From the NCBI GenBank assembly GCA_964541055.1, contig CAZIQR010000003.1, forward strand, positions 1 through 36,574: a stretch of 36,574 bases of DNA, given 5' to 3'. Below, piece after piece: positions 33,096 to 36,574 of this stretch (within the stretch, counting starts at the first letter, position 1; each line of letters starts with the position of its first letter). The notes under the pieces were generated by a model. That model was not told the DNA's origin and made no database searches. It saw only the letters and a program-made list of their open reading frames with translations. Position numbers and translations under genes: made by a program. This DNA comes from an uncultured Eubacteriales bacterium (GTDB taxonomy: Bacteria; Acidobacteriota; Aminicenantia; Aminicenantales; Saccharicenantaceae).

Positions 33096-36000
33096 TTATC
33101 GAATTTCTGCCGGTACCTTCAGCTCCGGATCGACCTTCCACGTCCCCGCCTCGAGGTCGATGGTCACCCGTGTTCCGTCGGCGTAGGTGAAGCGCTGGCG
33201 GCGATAGGAGCCGTCCAGGAACTCGTGGTTGGCGAGCTCCAGGAGCCCGACCCGGGCGTTGAGGGCGCACATCGTCCGGACCTGCCCAAGCTCGGCCTCC
33301 GTTGGCGTTATCGAAAGATACGGCAACCCGGCGTGGCCCAGTCCGTGAAGAAAGCCCAGGTCGTCTTTGGGGATGCCCCAGGCCCCTTTCTCGAGCGCCC
33401 ATGGCAGCAGGATCGCCCCGTGATAGACCAAGTCGAAAAGCGGGATCGGGATGCCCACGGCCGGCCCGCCGCCGGGATTGGGGTCGAGCGCGAACGGGCC
33501 GTGATGGACGAGATCGAGCTTGGGGAGGGCCCAGTCGGCCGGTTCCTCGGAGCTCACGACGCCGCCGTAGGACCGCACGAAGTCGAAGCAGGCGCCGCGG
33601 AATGCGAGGCACTCGCTCCGTGTCACGGGGTGCGCGGGGTTGTAACACTCGTCGGGCGGGACGACGGAGAAGACGTCGAGGTAGGCGCCCCGCAGCTTGA
33701 TGCCGTGGTCGAGGATGGCGCGGTGGTTCCGAGCCACGAACCCCGGGGCGAGCGAGGGGCAGAGATAGGTCTGCCAGCCGCCATACCAGGTGGCATGGAA
33801 CTCCCGGCGGCCGCCTTCGGCGACCTGGGCGTTGCCGGGATTGTACGTCGCGCCGTCGAGATAGTAATCCCGGTACTGGTCGTGGACGGCGAAGACGACG
33901 CCGAGGGTGTCGCAGGCGTCGGCGAGCCGCCTCATCCCGTCCCAGCCGCCGGCCTCGGGACAGGGCGGCAGGACGTCGGGGTGGAGGTTGTCGTAGCCGC
34001 GCAGGCCCCAGCCGTCAAGATGCATGTAGGCCCGATGGACGCCCCGGGCGGAGAGGGCCTCGAGCTCCCGGGCCCTCTGGTCGAAGGTCGCAAGCTGATG
34101 GTTTTTGGCCGGGTCCTTCTTGTCGTAATAGCTCGAGGCCGGCTGGATGTGATAGAGGATCGAGGTGTGGATGACGGGCGCGCCGATGAGCTTCGCCACG
34201 AGCGGATTGCGGGCGATCTTCTCGCGGAGAGAGACGAAGCGGCCGGACTCGACGACGAAGCGGCGATAGCGCTTGGCCAGGTCCACGTAGCCGCCCCCAT
34301 CGAGAAAGGCGAAGCGGACGACGCGGGGATAGGCCCAGCGGCCGAGCGAATGGACCCAGCGGACGTCGATCGAGGTCGGGCCGCCGGCGGGATGGTCGAA
34401 GCGGCAGCCGGCGTCATCCGGGGTCTCGAGCAGAACGAGGGCGGAACCGGAGGACCTCGTGAACCCCCACCAGGGCATGTAGAGCCGGCCGTAGGTCATC
34501 GTGTCGTAGAGACGCACCGGCCGGGGCCAGTCCTTGGGGAGGAGCATCCCCTGCATGAAGGGCACGACCGCCGCTTTGAACGCGTCGGCTTCGAAGGAGG
34601 CCGGCCAGAGGAGCTCGCGGACGCGGACCGCGCCGTCGGCGGCCAGGACGCGGCAGACGACGTCGCCCTCGCCGTCCTCGAGGCCGATGAAAAGATCGAG
34701 GGCGGCGTCGAGCTCGGCGCCGCCGGCCGAAGGAAAGCCCGAGAGGGTGACTCGGATCCCCTTTTGCCGGCCGGCCAGATACGGCGCGACGCTCTTGTGG
34801 ACGGCCGATGAAAGCCGGAAGGCGCCGAGGGCCTGTCCGTTCGCGTCGCCGAGGGTGAGGTCGCCGTCGAATGACGGGCGCATGGCCCATCTCCCTGCCG
34901 GCGTGGTGACGGCCAGCCGGAGCGTCTCGAGATCCAGGCGGACGGCGTTGTTCGCCCCGACGACACGCCAGGCATTCCCGTCCTGGAAGACGCGGACCGC
35001 GGGGGCGCCGCTCTCCGCGGGAGGGTCGTCGCGGCGATAGGCCGAGCCGTCGTCAAAGGCCAGCCACTCGAGCCCGCCGGGGCCGACGCGGAAGCGGCGG
35101 GCCCGGATGTTCGAGCCCGCGCCTTCCTCATAATAGAGGATGAGGACCGTGCCGTCGCTGCGCTCGACCATGGACGGATAGGCGCCGATGCGCTCATCGA
35201 CGGCGACGTTCTCGCTCCAGGTCCGCCCGTCGTCGAAGGAGTAATGGAGCGAGGTGCCGGGCAGGCGGTGGGCCAGGACGAGGATGCCGGCCGAGGTTCG
35301 CAGCAGGTAAGGGCAATGCCCCGGGAAGCCGAGGGGCTGCGAGACGCTCCAGGTCCGGCCGCCGTCCGAGGAGGCCGAGGCGCACATCGAGGTCGCCGGC
35401 TCGCGCTCGACGGCGAGAAGGCGTCCATCCTTGAGGGAGACGACGTCCGTTTCAGCGTCGAGCTTCCAGCCGCCGTTGGGGATATCGACGACAGGCCCCC
35501 AGGTCCGGCCGTCATCGGCGCTCGCCGTAACGGCGCCCCAGGCCTTGCCGCCGTCCTCGCGGTAGAGCCCGAGCATGAGCCGGCCGTCCGGAAGGACGCG
35601 GATCGGAGAGCTGCAGCAATAATCGGCCGAGACGAGGCGTGGCTTCGACCAGGTGCGGCCGAGGTCGTTCGACTCGACGAGCCACGTGCCGAGCCCGTCC
35701 CATTCGGCCGCCCCCGCGGTCTCGCCGGACTTGCGCCGGAGCGAGAAGAAGTTGCACAGGAGCCGCCCCGTCGGGAGCTGGACGATCGAAGGATCGCGGT
35801 CGTCGTCGGGACCGTCGTAGAGGACGCCCGGCTTCGTCCAGGTCCGGCCCATGTCGGAAGAGAAGGCATAGTCGATGCGGCCGCCGCGGGGCCATTGGGC
35901 GGTTGGCAGGCCGACGTGATCGTAGGAGGCATAGAACACGGCCATCAGGCGTCCGTCGGCGAGGCGGCAGACGTCGGGAAAGGCCTCGTAGCCGCCGGCT

Positions 36001-36128
36001 CCCCCGTCGCGGCAAACAAGGACGAACTCGTGCCCGGGCCGCTCTTCCCCGGCGATCCCGGGGCCGGCGAGGAGGGCCAAGAGGCCGGCGACGATCAGGG
36101 CGGCAAAGGCGGCGCGGCGTGGCGTCAT
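33096..36128 (-). CDS. Secreted fusion of a BNR/Asp-box sialidase-like beta-propeller and a TIM-barrel glycosidase-like domain (GH31/DUF5696-like)
   Basis: Signal peptide MTPRRAAFAALIVAGLLALLAGPGIAG. Five Asp-boxes within aa ~90-305: SSDMGRTW, SNDLGRTW, SADDGRTW, SSDGGRTW, SFDDGRTW. The C-terminal ~650 aa contain HLDGWGLRGYDNLHPDVLPP...VFAVHDQYRDYY. SD AGGAGG upstream. Confidence 0.8.
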   Translation of the reverse strand: MTPRRAAFAALIVAGLLALLAGPGIAGEERPGHEFVLVCRDGGAGGYEAFPDVCRLADGRLMAVFYASYDHVGLPTAQWPRGGRIDYAFSSDMGRTWTKPGVLYDGPDDDRDPSIVQLPTGRLLCNFFSLRRKSGETAGAAEWDGLGTWLVESNDLGRTWSKPRLVSADYCCSSPIRVLPDGRLMLGLYREDGGKAWGAVTASADDGRTWGPVVDIPNGGWKLDAETDVVSLKDGRLLAVEREPATSMCASASSDGGRTWSVSQPLGFPGHCPYLLRTSAGILVLAHRLPGTSLHYSFDDGRTWSENVAVDERIGAYPSMVERSDGTVLILYYEEGAGSNIRARRFRVGPGGLEWLAFDDGSAYRRDDPPAESGAPAVRVFQDGNAWRVVGANNAVRLDLETLRLAVTTPAGRWAMRPSFDGDLTLGDANGQALGAFRLSSAVHKSVAPYLAGRQKGIRVTLSGFPSAGGAELDAALDLFIGLEDGEGDVVCRVLAADGAVRVRELLWPASFEADAFKAAVVPFMQGMLLPKDWPRPVRLYDTMTYGRLYMPWWGFTRSSGSALVLLETPDDAGCRFDHPAGGPTSIDVRWVHSLGRWAYPRVVRFAFLDGGGYVDLAKRYRRFVVESGRFVSLREKIARNPLVAKLIGAPVIHTSILYHIQPASSYYDKKDPAKNHQLATFDQRARELEALSARGVHRAYMHLDGWGLRGYDNLHPDVLPPCPEAGGWDGMRRLADACDTLGVVFAVHDQYRDYYLDGATYNPGNAQVAEGGRREFHATWYGGWQTYLCPSLAPGFVARNHRAILDHGIKLRGAYLDVFSVVPPDECYNPAHPVTRSECLAFRGACFDFVRSYGGVVSSEEPADWALPKLDLVHHGPFALDPNPGGGPAVGIPIPLFDLVYHGAILLPWALEKGAWGIPKDDLGFLHGLGHAGLPYLSITPTEAELGQVRTMCALNARVGLLELANHEFLDGSYRRQRFTYADGTRVTIDLEAGTWKVDPELKVPAEIR

Positions 36129-36146
36129 GGGGGCCTCCTATGTTCG

Positions 36147-36174
36147 CCTATACACTAAAGGAAGGCGGGATCAA
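36147..36174 (-). promoter_or_regulatory. Possible promoter TTGATC-16-TATAGG for the BNR-glycosidase gene
   Basis: On the - strand: TTGATC (36174-36169), a 16-nt spacer, TATAGG (36152-36147), then SD AGGAGG and ATG 36128. Confidence 0.4.
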
Positions 36175-36304
36175 GCTCAAGGCGGGAGATCATTAAGGCT
36201 CTCATGCAGATATTTCGCAGACGTCGGCTCCGAGTCGCTCCGCCGAACGTCCGCAGGTCCGCTTCCCGGAGTCCGCTCCCCGCCGGAGGTTTGACCCCTT
36301 CCCG

Positions 36305-36333
36305 TTGACAGGGGCAGGAGGCGGGGATAACCT
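36305..36333 (+). promoter_or_regulatory. Sigma-70-type promoter TTGACA-17-TAACCT for the GH29 fucosidase
   Basis: TTGACA 36305-36310, a 17-nt spacer, TAACCT 36328-36333. The SD AGAGAGG and ATG 36364 follow. Confidence 0.55.
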
Positions 36334-36363
36334 TGGGGCCATCCGTCGAAGAGAGGTCCAGCC

Positions 36364-36574
36364 ATGAGAATCCGCACCATCGCCGCCCTTGCCGTCGCTC
36401 TAATCATCATCGGCCTGGCCGCCAGCGCCGCGCCCGCCCAGGCCCAGTCCCCGGCCAAAGCCCCCGACCGCCTGCAGTGGTTCCGCGAGGCCAAGTTCGG
36501 CCTGTTCATCCATTGGGGTGTCTATTCCATGATCGGCCGCGAGGAGTGGGCCCGCCAGATCCTCCAGATCCCGC
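36364..36574 (+). CDS. Alpha-L-fucosidase (GH29), N-terminal part (3' end outside window)
   Basis: My own translation, as this ORF is not in the track: MRIRTIAALAVALIIIGLAASAAPAQAQ signal peptide, then RLQWFREAKFGLFIHWGVYSM, the conserved GH29 N-terminal motif. SD AGAGAGG upstream. Confidence 0.8.
   Translation, partial: MRIRTIAALAVALIIIGLAASAAPAQAQSPAKAPDRLQWFREAKFGLFIHWGVYSMIGREEWARQILQIP

Noticed and set aside
27471-34811. ORFs 27471-29495 (+), 28888-30393 (-), 29853-31397 (+), 31509-32873 (+) and 32958-34811 (+).
   Set aside because: Each overlaps, on the opposite strand or out of frame, a gene with strong homology signatures (acyltransferase/iadA, nhaC, sigma-54 activator, BNR-glycosidase). 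Their translations are Arg/Gly/Pro/Asp-rich with no motifs.
36177-36509. A 110-aa - strand ORF at the right end of the window.
   Set aside because: It runs antisense through the promoter, SD and signal-peptide region of the clearly recognisable GH29 fucosidase gene and has no motifs.
1-36574. Search for CRISPR repeats, tRNA/rRNA, IS elements, integrases, toxin-antitoxin pairs, or a compositionally distinct island.
   Set aside because: I noticed no regularly spaced repeats, no tRNA-like cloverleaf candidates in the few intergenic stretches over 90 nt, and no transposase, integrase or phage-type ORFs. Composition is uniformly GC-rich except for short promoter islands and the small Lys-rich gene. 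I could not run formal repeat or covariance-model searches, so short elements could have been missed.

Overview
This is a very GC-rich bacterial chromosomal segment; third codon positions are almost all G/C. The host looks diderm, judged from a PpiD-like chaperone, an Mla/MCE transporter and lipobox lipoproteins. I can support 26 protein-coding genes, two of them cut by the window edges. I saw no rRNA, tRNA, CRISPR array, transposase, integrase or phage gene.

The content falls into three themes.

(1) Peptide and amino-acid scavenging. A tightly packed + strand block (223-12945) encodes PpiD, an OPT oligopeptide transporter, an M29-like aminopeptidase and a MalY/PatB C-S lyase. It continues with a GHL6-like glycosidase lipoprotein, an unusual 1021-aa kinase / M23 / class-III-aminotransferase (phospho-lyase-like) fusion, and an APC permease. 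A POT transporter and an isoaspartyl dipeptidase + NhaC-family carrier pair lie further on.

(2) Glycan genes. These are two URO-D-family paralogues (one translationally coupled to a sugar-porter MFS), a BNR-propeller + TIM-barrel glycosidase fusion, and a GH29 fucosidase start.

(3) A five-cistron - strand operon (22985-16617) with overlapping stop/start codons. It joins a ~1000-aa malectin-containing glycosidase-like lipoprotein to STAS-MlaE, MlaF, MlaD and a PqiC/YmbA-like lipoprotein.

Also present are a pirin, a DUF853/HerA-like ATPase with an acyltransferase-like gene, a GAF sigma-54 activator and a small leaderless CPCC protein.

AT-rich sigma-70-type promoters stand out clearly in the intergenic DNA, and the -10 is repeatedly TAGAAT. 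Several sit only 6-12 nt from the ATG, which predicts leaderless mRNAs.

Most very long ORFs in the supplied track are antisense shadow ORFs of the real genes. No canonical defence or mobile system is visible. The most unusual candidates are the tri-domain fusion with its operon, the glycosidase-Mla operon, and the URO-D/sugar-porter pair. All functional ideas about them are inference.
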